The notes: a model not told the origin generated them from the sequence alone. A stretch of DNA of 32,000 bases from Candidatus Brocadia sp. (GCA_021650915.1 CP091279.1:450001-482000); one strand, 5' to 3'; counted from the first letter of the stretch, positions 10,036 to 19,388 are shown. A program made the numbers and translations.

Positions 10036-11076
10036 TATGTCATGCGCATTACCGGTGATGATGAGCAAGCCAAACGCGAGGTGGATAATTTCATAAATCC
10101 TGAGGAGCGTTATCCGGTTATCGCTACCACGTCAAAATTGATGACCACCGGCGTTGATGCACAGACCTGCAAATTGATCGTGCTTGATTCAAACATCAGG
10201 TCAATGACCGAGTTCAAGCAGATTATCGGACGCGGGACTCGTATTAACGAAGAGTATGGCAAGACGTTCTTTGCCATTATGGACTTTCGCAATGTGACAG
10301 ATCTTTTTGCGGATCCGGCTTTTGACGGCGATCCGGTTATGGTCAGGGAGGTTACGGGCGAAGACGAATTAACGGATCAGGATATTCATCCTGAAGAAGA
10401 CCAGGAGATTATTGATCCGGAGACTGGACGGCCCGTGGATTTTGAAGAAGAAACACCGGATGAATACCCCCCACCGGACATTATTCAGGGTGGTGAAATT
10501 GTGTCTGAGCCCCGGCAGAAGATATATGTGGCAGGGGTGGATGTTTCGGTGTTAAACGAGCGGGTTCAGCATCTGGACGCAAACGGAAACCTTATCACCG
10601 AAAGCCTCAAAGATTACACAAAAAAGGGCATCTTGCGGGAGTTCCGATCACTCGATGATTTCCTTACCCGATGGAACGGCGCTCATAAAAAGAAAGCGGT
10701 TATCGAGGAATTGGAATCGCAGGGGATTATTCCGGAAAACCTGATGTCAGGGGTAAAGAAGGATTTGGATGTATTTGACCTTATTTGCCACATTGCGTGG
10801 GACATGCCTGCGCTTACCCGTCGGGAGCGTGCGGAAAATGTAAAGAAGCGCAATTATTTCATGAAATATGGGGAGAAGGCGCGGAAGGTTATTGATGTCC
10901 TCCTGGATAAATATGCTGATGAGGGCATTGAAAATATAGAAGACCTTGCAATTTTGAGAATAGAACCGTTTAGTCAAATCGGGACGCCAACGGAAATCGT
11001 GCAGATATTCGGAGGCAGAGAGCAATATCTTCATGTTATTGAAGAACTGGAGCATGCACTCTATACAGCGGCGTAA
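10036..11076 (+). pseudogene. hsdR: Type I restriction enzyme R subunit, C-terminal part (helicase motifs V-VI plus C-terminal domain)
   Basis: YVMRITGDDEQAKREVDNFINPEERYPVIATTSKLMTTGVDAQTCKLIVLDSNIRSMTEFKQIIGRGTRI is the canonical HsdR motif V/VI block. The track ORF starts at 10012, but its first 8 codons are IS-end sequence. Confidence 0.9.
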
Positions 11077-11079
11077 AGG

Positions 11080-11100
11080 TCTCTCACAAAGTGCACAAAG
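11080..11100. repeat. Left arm of a 21-nt inverted repeat bracketing the GxxExxY gene (partner at 13559-13579)
   Basis: tctctcacaaagtgcacaaag. The reverse complement of 13559-13579 is tctctcacaaagtgcacagag. They match at 20/21, with 18 consecutive matches. The arm contains the tandem heptad cacaaag. Confidence 0.85.
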
Positions 11101-11115
11101 CCCACGGAGAAAAAA

Positions 11116-11526
11116 ATGAATGAAAATGAATTAAGTGAAAAAATTATTGGGTTGGCTATTAAAGTTCATTCTGCTTTGGGTCCTGGTCTTTTAGAATCCG
11201 CGTATGAAAAAGCGCTTGTTTTTGAGTTGAGCAGAAATGGTTATAAAGCAGAGGTGCAAAAAAGTATTTCAATAAATTATGAGGGAATAATCATAGATGA
11301 AGGATATCGGGCAGATATCGTCGTAAATGATATTGTTCTGATAGAATTAAAATCGGTTAAACAAATTGAGGATATTCATTTAAAACAGCTTTTAACTTAT
11401 TTGCGTCTTTCGGGCAAGAAACTGGGATTACTCATTAATTTTAACGAAATCTTGCTAAAGAATGGTATTCGACGAGTTATCAACGGAACTATAGAGCTGG
11501 CGCATAAGCGAAAAGATTCGTTGTAA
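11116..11526 (+). CDS. GxxExxY protein (PD-(D/E)xK nuclease-superfamily small protein)
   Basis: 136 aa. ..IIGLAIKVHSALGPGLLESAYEKALVFEL.. carries the eponymous G-x2-E-x2-Y motif. ..YRADIVVNDIVLIELKSVKQIEDIHLKQLLTYLRLSGKKLGLLINF.. is the D..ExK core. This family is often found inside type I R-M loci. Confidence 0.9.
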   Translation: MNENELSEKIIGLAIKVHSALGPGLLESAYEKALVFELSRNGYKAEVQKSISINYEGIIIDEGYRADIVVNDIVLIELKSVKQIEDIHLKQLLTYLRLSGKKLGLLINFNEILLKNGIRRVINGTIELAHKRKDSL

Positions 11527-11597
11527 ATCAGGGAGAAGAGGCGATAGGACGGGGTAATAATTTTGTAAAGTCTACAAAAAGATATCAAGAACGGCAG

Positions 11598-13512
11598 CAT
11601 GAAAAGGCTTGTTTTTCAGGGGAGATGAAAAAATATTTGAAGAAAAGAGGGGAAAAATTACAAAATAGTCGTGCCCATCTTGTATAATAAATCAGGCAAA
11701 CTATTCGAAATACCATACAAGGGAGGGCACAGTGAAATGATACCATTATTGAGGAACACAAGCCAGCAAAAACCATTATTCCATATCATTCATGAAGACG
11801 ACAGATATTTGCTGAATACCGATGATGCGGAGTGGTTTCAGGTATTGTACCATTTTCGATACGAAAGATATGTGGGGTTTGGAGTAGACTATTATAATGC
11901 GCTGCATGAATTTAACCAGAAGCAGGCCAGGGAGCGAGAAGAGCGAGGAGTTGAGGGGGAGAAAGATGCGAGGGAGACCAAGGAGGAAGCGCGGCAGAGA
12001 TTGCTCTTTTCACGGGTAACCATGCAGGCAGAGGGTGAGAGAGGAGAAGGGGTTTTATTCGAGGTAAAAAGAGAAGATTTGTCGCTATCGGGGGTATCTC
12101 CGGAGAGTATAGCGCCTGGCAAGGTGCCATTTCGATTTGGGGGGAAAAAGCCGAAGTGTTTTTTTGCTTTGCTGAAGAGTTTTATCGGTGCAACGATAAT
12201 GGGGTTTCCCGCCGAGCCGGAAAAGGTGTACCGGTTATTGAAGAGCAATCCCAGTTTTGCGCGGGTATGTGGATTTATTCCCAGACACGTCAGGGACGAG
12301 TATTGCAGTGAGCACATACCAAGCCTTCGGAAGCTGGAGCAGTTTGACCAGATCATGAAAGAAAGCGGGATATGGGCGAGGATAAAAGTGGAAGAGGTGA
12401 AAGCGAACATAACGAGTGGGATCATAAGAAAGGAAAATGAGTTGGTGGGAGACACGACCCATTATTACGCGTATTCGGGCTTTGAGACCGTAGTATATAA
12501 AGATGCGAGTGGCAAAGAGCAGAAGAAATCGCAGTCAAAGGTAACCAAGAGGTGTGGTTGCGAAGATAAGCAGGGGTGCAGTCATTCGTGGGGATTGAGT
12601 GATGATGGGGCGGGGACAATCGTAAAATCCGGGGGAAAGATGTATTGGGGTCACAAGGCAAGTGTGCTTGGGTATCCCCGTCAAGGGATACCCTTAGATG
12701 CGCGTGCGATAAAGGATGCGGCGACCTTTGATGGAATGACCTTATACCCGCACGTGAAGGAAGTCTTTGAGATGTATCCGGAGATTCAACCGTCGGTAGA
12801 AAGGGTATTGTATGATAGCGCAGGCGACAGTGATGAAATCAAGAAGAAATTCAGGGAGGATCTGGGTATAGAGGTAAAGGTGTCTTTCAATCCAAGAAGG
12901 AAAAAGGAGATCACGGAAGATTTGCCACGAGGAATAGACAAGATTACACCGTATGGTATTCCGGTGTGTAAGGCGGGATACGAGATGGAATATCAGGGGA
13001 TGAGATACGAACATGAGAAGTTTATCTATCAAGCGCCAAAGGATTCAGACAATGCGCCGGTATGTCGCGCTTGTTATCATCGCGAGGATTGTTGCCCAAA
13101 CGCTACCGGTGGCAGGATAATCAATATCTCGTTTGATCTCTTGCCACACATAGACCCCAAAGACCCTCCGATGGCGAAGAGGTACAAGGCCATCATGTCC
13201 CGTCGTCCTGCGGTGGAAAGGATGATAAAACGGTTGAAGTGTGACTTTGGGGATGATCGGCTCACGAAGCGGGGAAACGATTCGTTCCAGGCATACCTGG
13301 ATAAAACCATGATTGCGTTTCATGTCTTGTTAAGAAACTAAATCTGGTTTTCAGCGTAAAAGAGTCGTCGTGTGGAGGGATGGTACGTCTGGAATTCGGC
13401 TTATTTGGTCTGGTGTCCTCTGACGAATCGTTTTTCTCTCTCTTTGACCTCGCTTTTGAGTGAAATCCGTTTCTCTGTCAATGCACACATGATGCAGTTC
13501 CGCCTTTTCATG
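11598..13512 (+). mobile_element. Second IS (IS1182/IS4-superfamily-like) in the hsdR-hsdM spacer; boundaries uncertain
   Basis: It contains a 556-aa DDE transposase. The only terminal inverted repeat I could find is 11 bp: catgaaaaggc (11598-11608) against gccttttcatg (13502-13512). I identified no clean target duplication, so the extent is approximate. Confidence 0.35.
11671..13341 (+). CDS. DDE transposase (IS4/IS5/IS1182-type, DDE_Tnp_1-like) with a Cys-rich insert
   Basis: 556 aa, apparently intact. The catalytic regions are ..LVGDTTHYYAYSG.. (D1), ..MYWGHKASVLG.., ..VLYDSAGDSDEI.. (D2), the Cys cluster PVCRACYHREDCCPN, and ..MSRRPAVERMIKRLKCDFGDDRLTKRGNDSFQAYLDKTMIAFHVL (E/K). The start codon is uncertain (GTG 11671 or a downstream ATG). 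Confidence 0.8.
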   Translation: MPILYNKSGKLFEIPYKGGHSEMIPLLRNTSQQKPLFHIIHEDDRYLLNTDDAEWFQVLYHFRYERYVGFGVDYYNALHEFNQKQAREREERGVEGEKDARETKEEARQRLLFSRVTMQAEGERGEGVLFEVKREDLSLSGVSPESIAPGKVPFRFGGKKPKCFFALLKSFIGATIMGFPAEPEKVYRLLKSNPSFARVCGFIPRHVRDEYCSEHIPSLRKLEQFDQIMKESGIWARIKVEEVKANITSGIIRKENELVGDTTHYYAYSGFETVVYKDASGKEQKKSQSKVTKRCGCEDKQGCSHSWGLSDDGAGTIVKSGGKMYWGHKASVLGYPRQGIPLDARAIKDAATFDGMTLYPHVKEVFEMYPEIQPSVERVLYDSAGDSDEIKKKFREDLGIEVKVSFNPRRKKEITEDLPRGIDKITPYGIPVCKAGYEMEYQGMRYEHEKFIYQAPKDSDNAPVCRACYHREDCCPNATGGRIINISFDLLPHIDPKDPPMAKRYKAIMSRRPAVERMIKRLKCDFGDDRLTKRGNDSFQAYLDKTMIAFHVLLRN

Positions 13513-13558
13513 GCTTGTTTTTTAGTTTATGCGCAGGCTCTATATAGCACTTTGTGAA

Positions 13559-13579
13559 CTCTGTGCACTTTGTGAGAGA
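13559..13579. repeat. Right arm of the 21-nt inverted repeat (partner at 11080-11100)
   Basis: ctctgtgcactttgtgagaga. The local tandem gcactttgtga occurs at 13547-13557 and 13565-13575. The arm ends 9 nt before the hsdM ATG. Confidence 0.85.
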
Positions 13580-13587
13580 GAAACAAG

Positions 13588-15021
13588 ATGAAAAACATTG
13601 GAAATATCATAAAAACATTACAAAACATCATGCGTAAAGACCCCGGTGTTTCCGGGGACGCCCAGCGCATTGAGCAGTTGGGCTGGATGATCAGCCTCAA
13701 AATCCTTGACGACAAGGACAAAGAGATCGAGATTCTCAACGACAAATATGTCTCACCCATGCCAAAGAAATTGCAATGGCGGGCTTGGGCGGCTGATGAC
13801 GAAGGCATAACCGGAGATGAGCTTAAAAACTTTATTGACAGTGATTTGATACCAAGGCTCAAAAATCTCGATGTGAGTTCCGGCAATAAACGCGCCCTTA
13901 TAATCCGCGAGATATTTGACGGCACCAATAACTACATGAAGAACGGGACGATCATCCGTCAGGTGCTCAATGAATTAAACCAGATCGACTTTAATAATTT
14001 GGAAGACCGTCATGTCTTTGGCGATATCTATGAAACCATCCTGCGTGATCTTCAAAGTGCGGGAAATTACGGAGAGTTTTATACCCCACGCGCCTTAACA
14101 GAATTTATTACGGAAATGATCAACCCCAGGTTGGGCGAAAAGGTGCTGGATCCCGCCTGCGGCACCGGCGGATTCTTAACCAGCGCTATAGAAAATATCC
14201 GCAAACAAGATGTCAAAGGCGTTGAAGACCTTAAGACGCTGGAGAAAACCATTCATGGCATGGAATTCAAACCGCTTCCCTTCATGCTCTGCGTAACCAA
14301 TCTGATATTGCACGACATCGAAGTGCCAAATGTGGATTATACCGACAGCTTAAACCGCGAATATACCTCAATCGGACAAAAAGACCGGGTGGACGTCATC
14401 CTTGCCAATCCTCCTTTTGGCGCCTCGGTTACCGATGGGGCAGAGACCAACTTTCCCCAAAATTTTCGCACAACGGAAAGCGCCGATCTTTTCTTGATGC
14501 TTATGGTGCGATATCTGAAAGACGGCGGCCGTGCCGGCATTGTATTGCCGGATGGTTCGCTGACAGGAGAAGGTGTAAAACAGCGCATTCGCCAGCATTT
14601 TTTAGAGAATTGTAATCTTCATACTATTGTTCGTCTGCCAAATTCAGTCTTTCAACCGTATGCCAGTGTGGCGACCAATCTGCTCTTTTTTGAAAAAGGC
14701 AAACCGACAAAAGAAATCTGGTACTGGGAACACAAACTACCAGAAGGCGTTAAGGCATACAGTAAAACGAAGCCGATTCAAAAAAGCGAGTTTGACGGTC
14801 TTAAAAAATGGTGGAAGAAACGCAAGGAGAATGAACAGGCGTGGAAGGTGTCTATTGATGCGATTGCTGCAAATAGCTATAACCTCGACATAAAAAATCC
14901 GCATACGCCAGACGAAAAACACGTGTATACAAGCGCCGAACTGGTAACGATGCTCCACGAATCATTCCGTAAAAGCGATGGACTTCTTCAACAATTGAGA
15001 AAGGAGTTGGAGAATGGATAA
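13588..15021 (+). CDS. hsdM: Type I R-M system N6-adenine DNA methyltransferase subunit M
   Basis: 477 aa. The AdoMet motif I is VLDPACGTGGFL and the catalytic motif IV is ILANPPFGAS. An HsdM-type N-terminal domain is present (..DAQRIEQLGWMISLKILDD..). Its stop overlaps the next gene's ATG. Confidence 0.95.
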   Translation: MKNIGNIIKTLQNIMRKDPGVSGDAQRIEQLGWMISLKILDDKDKEIEILNDKYVSPMPKKLQWRAWAADDEGITGDELKNFIDSDLIPRLKNLDVSSGNKRALIIREIFDGTNNYMKNGTIIRQVLNELNQIDFNNLEDRHVFGDIYETILRDLQSAGNYGEFYTPRALTEFITEMINPRLGEKVLDPACGTGGFLTSAIENIRKQDVKGVEDLKTLEKTIHGMEFKPLPFMLCVTNLILHDIEVPNVDYTDSLNREYTSIGQKDRVDVILANPPFGASVTDGAETNFPQNFRTTESADLFLMLMVRYLKDGGRAGIVLPDGSLTGEGVKQRIRQHFLENCNLHTIVRLPNSVFQPYASVATNLLFFEKGKPTKEIWYWEHKLPEGVKAYSKTKPIQKSEFDGLKKWWKKRKENEQAWKVSIDAIAANSYNLDIKNPHTPDEKHVYTSAELVTMLHESFRKSDGLLQQLRKELENG

Positions 15022-16057
15022 CGCAGAAAATAAATCACAACTCATTATTTATCGGGCAGAAGATGGAAAAATTAAAATTGACGTTCGTTTTCAGGATGAA
15101 ACTGTCTGGCTGACTCAAAAATTAATGGCTGAATTATTTCAGACCACAATCGCCAACATTAATATTCATATTAAAAATGTCTTTGATGAGGGAGAACTCT
15201 CGCAAGATTCAGTTATTAAGGATTTCTTAATAACTGCCTCTGATGGGAAAAAGTATCACACAAACTTTTACAACCTGGATATGATCATATCGGTTGGATA
15301 TCGCGTTAAATCCCACGTCGCCACACGTTTCCGCCAATGGGCGACTCAGCAGTTAAGGGAATATATTGTCAAAGGGTTTGTGATGGATGATGAACGGCTT
15401 AAGCATGGCGCAAACATTGGTTCTGATTATTTTGACGAGCTTCTTGAACGTATCCGCGATATCCGTTCCAGTGAGAAACGTTTTTATCAAAAAATCCGGG
15501 ATATTTATAAGCTGGCAGTTGATTATGATCCGAAGGCTGAAGAAACCCTGGAATTTTTCAAAATTGTTCAAAACAAGCTCCATTTTGCTATATCCGGCAA
15601 GACGGCGGCAGAGATTATTTCCGGGCGGGCTGATGCGTCAAAACCCAACATGGGTCTTACTTCGTGGAAAGGCGCAAAGGTGCGCCAGGGCGATGTGACC
15701 ATTGCCAAGAATTACCTCAATGAAAAAGAAATGGAACAGCTTAACAGAATCGTGACTATGTACCTTGATTATGCTGAAGACCAGGCGAAACGCCACCGTC
15801 AGATATTCATGCGCGACTGGCGCAAAAAGCTTGACGCCTTTCTCAAGTTTAATGAACGCGATATCCTTGAGCATGCCGGAACTGTAACCAAAGAAGTTGC
15901 AGACGCACTGGCTTTGGAGCAGTATGAGGTATTTCATAAACAGCGGTTGAAGGATGAAGCCGAAGCAGAAGCGCTTGCCGATGATGAGGTATTGAAGGAA
16001 ATCGAACAGAAAGCGGCGAAACGATTATCGAAGAAAAAGGGGCGGAAGAATGGCTAA
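15014..16057 (+). CDS. rhuM: RhuM-family protein (virulence protein RhuM / Fic-DOC-associated family) embedded between hsdM and hsdS
   Basis: 347 aa. ..LIIYRAEDGKIKIDVRFQDETVWLTQKLMAELFQTTIANINIHIKNVFDEGEL..YNLDMIISVGYRVKSHVATRFRQWATQQLREYIVKGFVMDDERLK.. is the characteristic RhuM N-terminal block. It overlaps both neighbours by 8 nt. Confidence 0.85.
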   Translation: MDNAENKSQLIIYRAEDGKIKIDVRFQDETVWLTQKLMAELFQTTIANINIHIKNVFDEGELSQDSVIKDFLITASDGKKYHTNFYNLDMIISVGYRVKSHVATRFRQWATQQLREYIVKGFVMDDERLKHGANIGSDYFDELLERIRDIRSSEKRFYQKIRDIYKLAVDYDPKAEETLEFFKIVQNKLHFAISGKTAAEIISGRADASKPNMGLTSWKGAKVRQGDVTIAKNYLNEKEMEQLNRIVTMYLDYAEDQAKRHRQIFMRDWRKKLDAFLKFNERDILEHAGTVTKEVADALALEQYEVFHKQRLKDEAEAEALADDEVLKEIEQKAAKRLSKKKGRKNG

Positions 16058-17558
16058 GGTCTCTTACATCGATCATATAAAGAAGAACGATATCTCTGTG
16101 ATTTTGGCCGAAGTTATTTTTCGGAATTTAAAAAAAGATTATAAGTCTCTTCCTTTATTTGAATTGGCTGAAACCTTAAGTGGAGGTACGCCAAACAGAG
16201 CAAATCAAAGCTACTATGGCGGGAAAATTCCTTGGTTTAAATCTGGTGAGCTAAATGATTCAATAATTACCATGTCGGAAGAATTTATTACTGAAGAAGG
16301 ATTAAATAATTCTTCAGCAAAAGTATTTCCAAAAGGCACTCTACTCGTAGCTATGTACGGTGCTACTGCGGGGAAGACAGCAATTCTTGACATTGATGCG
16401 GCTACAAATCAAGCAATCTGTGCAGTTGTCCCTAAGAATAAAAGCATTCGGAAGGATTTTTTATTCTGGTTTTTGCGAGCACATCGATACTACTATATTG
16501 ATATAAGTCGTGGTGGTGCACAACCAAATATAAGTCAAACTGTTATTAAAAATACTGAAGTTCCGCTTATTGATGAAAATGAACAGAAAAGCATCGTGGA
16601 ATTTTTGACAAGGATTGAGAAAACAAAGGAAATAAACTATTCCCTAATTCCAAAACAATTGCATAAAACTATTAAACTAGCTTTTGAACATTTGGATTGC
16701 TTGCAAAAGTTAGAAAACGAAAATTTAAATCAGTCTTCTTATTTCTCCTTTCTTCGTCAATCCATTCTCCAGGAAGCCATCGAAGGCAAGCTTACAGCCA
16801 AATGGCGGAAGACGAATTCTGAGTTGATCAGCGGAGATAACCACGCCTCGAAATTGCTTGAGAAGATCAAAGCAGAAAAAGAGCGGCTCACGAAGAGCAC
16901 AAAGGGCGCGAAGAATGCAAAAGCACTACCACCCATCAGTGAAGAAAAAAAGCCGTTTGACTTGCCTGAGGGGTGGGCGTGGTGTCGTTTGGGAGAGGCA
17001 GCCCAAGGATTTGAATATGGTTCAAGTGCAAAGTCTATAAAAACAGGCAAAGTACCTGTTTTACGAATGGGAAACTTGCAGGACGGAGTCGTTGTTTGGG
17101 AGAATTTGGTTTATACAAATGATGATGGTGAAATACAACAATATTTACTAATGTCAGAAGACCTTCTTTTTAATAGAACTAATAGCAGAGAGTTGGTTGG
17201 GAAAACGGCACTCTTCGATTGTGAGGAAAAAGCAATCTATGCAGGATATATTGTTCGTTTTCATATGTGCGGGCAAATTAGTGCCCATTTTTCCAATTAT
17301 GTAATGAATTCAATTTATCACAGGAAATGGTGTAATATGGTAAAGGCCGATGCTCTTGGTCAATCAAATATAAATGCAACAAAATTGAGAGAATTTGTTT
17401 TCCCTCTTCCGCCTCTAGCTGAACAACAGGCTATTGTTGATTGCGTTGAGAAGCTGGTGGCCATGATCGACGAATTAGAAAAACAAGTATCCGCACGCAA
17501 AGAACAATCTGAAATGCTGATGCAGTCAGTTTTACGAGAGGCGTTTGCGAAAGGATGA
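16050..17558 (+). CDS. hsdS: Type I R-M specificity subunit S (two target-recognition domains)
   Basis: 502 aa with two TRDs, each carrying the ..GGTPNRANQSYYGGKIPWFKSGEL.. / ..FEYGSSAKSIKTGKVPVLRMGNL.. type entry. They are separated by a coiled-coil conserved region (LRQSILQEAIEGKLTAKWR..LLEKIKAEKERL). The protein closes with PPLAEQQAIVDCVEKLVAMIDELEKQV..LMQSVLREAF. Confidence 0.95.
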   Translation: MAKVSYIDHIKKNDISVILAEVIFRNLKKDYKSLPLFELAETLSGGTPNRANQSYYGGKIPWFKSGELNDSIITMSEEFITEEGLNNSSAKVFPKGTLLVAMYGATAGKTAILDIDAATNQAICAVVPKNKSIRKDFLFWFLRAHRYYYIDISRGGAQPNISQTVIKNTEVPLIDENEQKSIVEFLTRIEKTKEINYSLIPKQLHKTIKLAFEHLDCLQKLENENLNQSSYFSFLRQSILQEAIEGKLTAKWRKTNSELISGDNHASKLLEKIKAEKERLTKSTKGAKNAKALPPISEEKKPFDLPEGWAWCRLGEAAQGFEYGSSAKSIKTGKVPVLRMGNLQDGVVVWENLVYTNDDGEIQQYLLMSEDLLFNRTNSRELVGKTALFDCEEKAIYAGYIVRFHMCGQISAHFSNYVMNSIYHRKWCNMVKADALGQSNINATKLREFVFPLPPLAEQQAIVDCVEKLVAMIDELEKQVSARKEQSEMLMQSVLREAFAKG

Positions 17559-17651
17559 GGATGATTATGAAAGTGTTGCTTTATACAAAACTATTACAAT
17601 GCATTTAATTGTAAATTTTAGTAGCATTTTTTAGTTGATGTACAATTTTTT

Positions 17652-19367
17652 ATGACATATCAACGACAATTTTTATCTCGAAACAATTTCATTCTAGCCT
17701 TCGAGCGAATAGTTCGAGGTGGTAATAAAGAATACAAGCAGTTCTATCGGCATCTTTACCCGTCATATAATTTAAGTTTACAAGAAAATTTAGATGACCT
17801 TATACACGATATAAAATCTGGCACTTACAAACCAAGTAAACCTACAATTGTTTTTCAACCCAAAAAAACGCTGATTCTACGGCCTCTTGCCATATTATCT
17901 CTTACCGACCTTATTGTTTATCAAGCGATAACTAACCATATTGCAAACAAGTTTGAGTCTGAACAAACCAAATATGCGTTTAGCAAGAGTTTTGGGGCTA
18001 TTTACGCAGGAAAGCACAGCCCTTTTTTCTATCGTTCATGGAAGGTTTGTTACAGCGCTTATAACAAAGCTATTGAAAGGGCATTCAATACTGGTAATAC
18101 CTTTGTTGCCGACTTCGATCTTGTCTCATTTTATGAACTAATAGATCACAATTTACTAAAAGAAAAACTTGTTGAAAAAATTAAAAATGTGGAATTTTTG
18201 AATCTCTTATTTGAATGTCTCGAAAGATGGACTAGTGATGCTGCTGGGAGTCATATTCATCATGGTATTCCTCAGGGACCAGAGCCATCTGCCTTTCTTG
18301 CAGAGTGTTTTCTTTTTCATTTTGATGCTAAACATTTTAAAGATGTTAAATATTTCCGGTACGTTGATGATATAAAATTAATGGCTAAAAGCGATATTCC
18401 TTTGCGACGTGCACTGCTTCACCTGGACTTATCATCAAAAGAATTGGGACTTGTTCCACAAGCTCAAAAAATAGAGCTTCGAGAAACTACATGCCTTGAA
18501 GAAGTCCTAAAAAATATTCCAAGTTCTTTAGTACTACATATCGAAGAAAATATTGGTAATAAATTATCTCAACACAAACTATTAAATATGCTCAGGAAAA
18601 GCATTAAAAGGTTGAATAAACAGATGGTAATTGATGATGTTACGAAATTTAAGTATTCCTTGGTCAGGCTTGATCCGCGAAAGGATGTACTTAAGAAAAT
18701 TACTCCATTACTCGCGCATCGTCCAGACCTTTCTGGAATTTTTGCAAGTTATTTGAAGAAGTTCCCAAATAATAAATTAGCAGCCGATATTTTACTTGAA
18801 ACACTCAGAACAGACCCAATTTATGATGCGGCAGCAACAAATTATATTGATGCCATGGATATCTGTGAGCCAAACAATAATCAATATCCTTATAGACGTG
18901 TAATACAAACTGCAAATAGAAGGTCTGTAGAAAAAAGTATTTTAATAAAAATTGCATCTCAAGTATATAAAGGACGAAGGGTGGGTGCTAAAGATGCTGC
19001 AAAAATTATAGAGAAAGAGGAGCATCCAATCGTCTGTAGCATCCTTATTCATAGATTATTTGGGGATTCTGGTAGTGCTCCATATAAGATCGGGCATATC
19101 AAGACATTAATACAACAAAAGAGTTATGAAAAAGATGCCAACTTAGCTCGATACTGTGCCTCATTGTTATTTTTGAACTTTTCATGGAATGAGTTAAAGG
19201 GATGGAAACCAGGAAGTAAAACTCATCAGTCTGTAAAATTATTGATGTTTGGATTAGGTCTAAGAGCAAGAATGCCAAAAAAGACAACCGTACTGGATAC
19301 CTTTTTCAAAGATCGTATGAAGATTGGAATATCCATCTCGTGGCGAAAAGCTTTGGGTAAAGATTAG
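17652..19367 (+). CDS. Reverse transcriptase of the defence-associated UG/Abi type (AbiA-like): RT domain plus helical-repeat (alpha-Rep-like) region
   Basis: 571 aa. The RT motifs are in order: ..KKTLILRPLAILSLTDLIVYQAI.. (1/2), FVADFDLVSFYELIDH (A, ~18102-18149), HHGIPQGPEPSAFLAECFL (B, from ~18258), and FRYVDDIKLMA (C, YVDD at 18360-18371). The C-terminal ~280 aa look like helical repeats (..ITPLLAHRPDLSGIFASYLKKFPNNKLAADILLETLRTDPIYDAAATNYIDAM..). There is no maturase/X or En domain and no flanking intron or retron RNA structure. The gene is visibly AT-rich. It ends at TAG 19365-19367, which is in frame with the next ORF. Confidence 0.85.
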   Translation: MTYQRQFLSRNNFILAFERIVRGGNKEYKQFYRHLYPSYNLSLQENLDDLIHDIKSGTYKPSKPTIVFQPKKTLILRPLAILSLTDLIVYQAITNHIANKFESEQTKYAFSKSFGAIYAGKHSPFFYRSWKVCYSAYNKAIERAFNTGNTFVADFDLVSFYELIDHNLLKEKLVEKIKNVEFLNLLFECLERWTSDAAGSHIHHGIPQGPEPSAFLAECFLFHFDAKHFKDVKYFRYVDDIKLMAKSDIPLRRALLHLDLSSKELGLVPQAQKIELRETTCLEEVLKNIPSSLVLHIEENIGNKLSQHKLLNMLRKSIKRLNKQMVIDDVTKFKYSLVRLDPRKDVLKKITPLLAHRPDLSGIFASYLKKFPNNKLAADILLETLRTDPIYDAAATNYIDAMDICEPNNNQYPYRRVIQTANRRSVEKSILIKIASQVYKGRRVGAKDAAKIIEKEEHPIVCSILIHRLFGDSGSAPYKIGHIKTLIQQKSYEKDANLARYCASLLFLNFSWNELKGWKPGSKTHQSVKLLMFGLGLRARMPKKTTVLDTFFKDRMKIGISISWRKALGKD

Positions 19368-19388
19368 CATGACGCAGAAAGAAGGTGT

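Noticed and set aside
11606-13522. 11-bp direct repeat ggcttgttttt (11606-11616 and 13512-13522) as the target duplication of the second IS
   Set aside because: The sequences just inside these repeats show no terminal inverted repeat. The left copy overlaps the only inverted-repeat candidate (catgaaaaggc). The two interpretations are mutually inconsistent, so I left the IS boundaries unresolved.
17559-17651. Retron-type msr/msd or other structured ncRNA upstream of the RT
   Set aside because: Only 93 nt are available. The only structure is a 7-bp AT-rich hairpin (ttacaat/attgtaa, 17594-17614), with no long a1/a2 inverted repeats. The RT also lacks retron-specific features that I could recognise.
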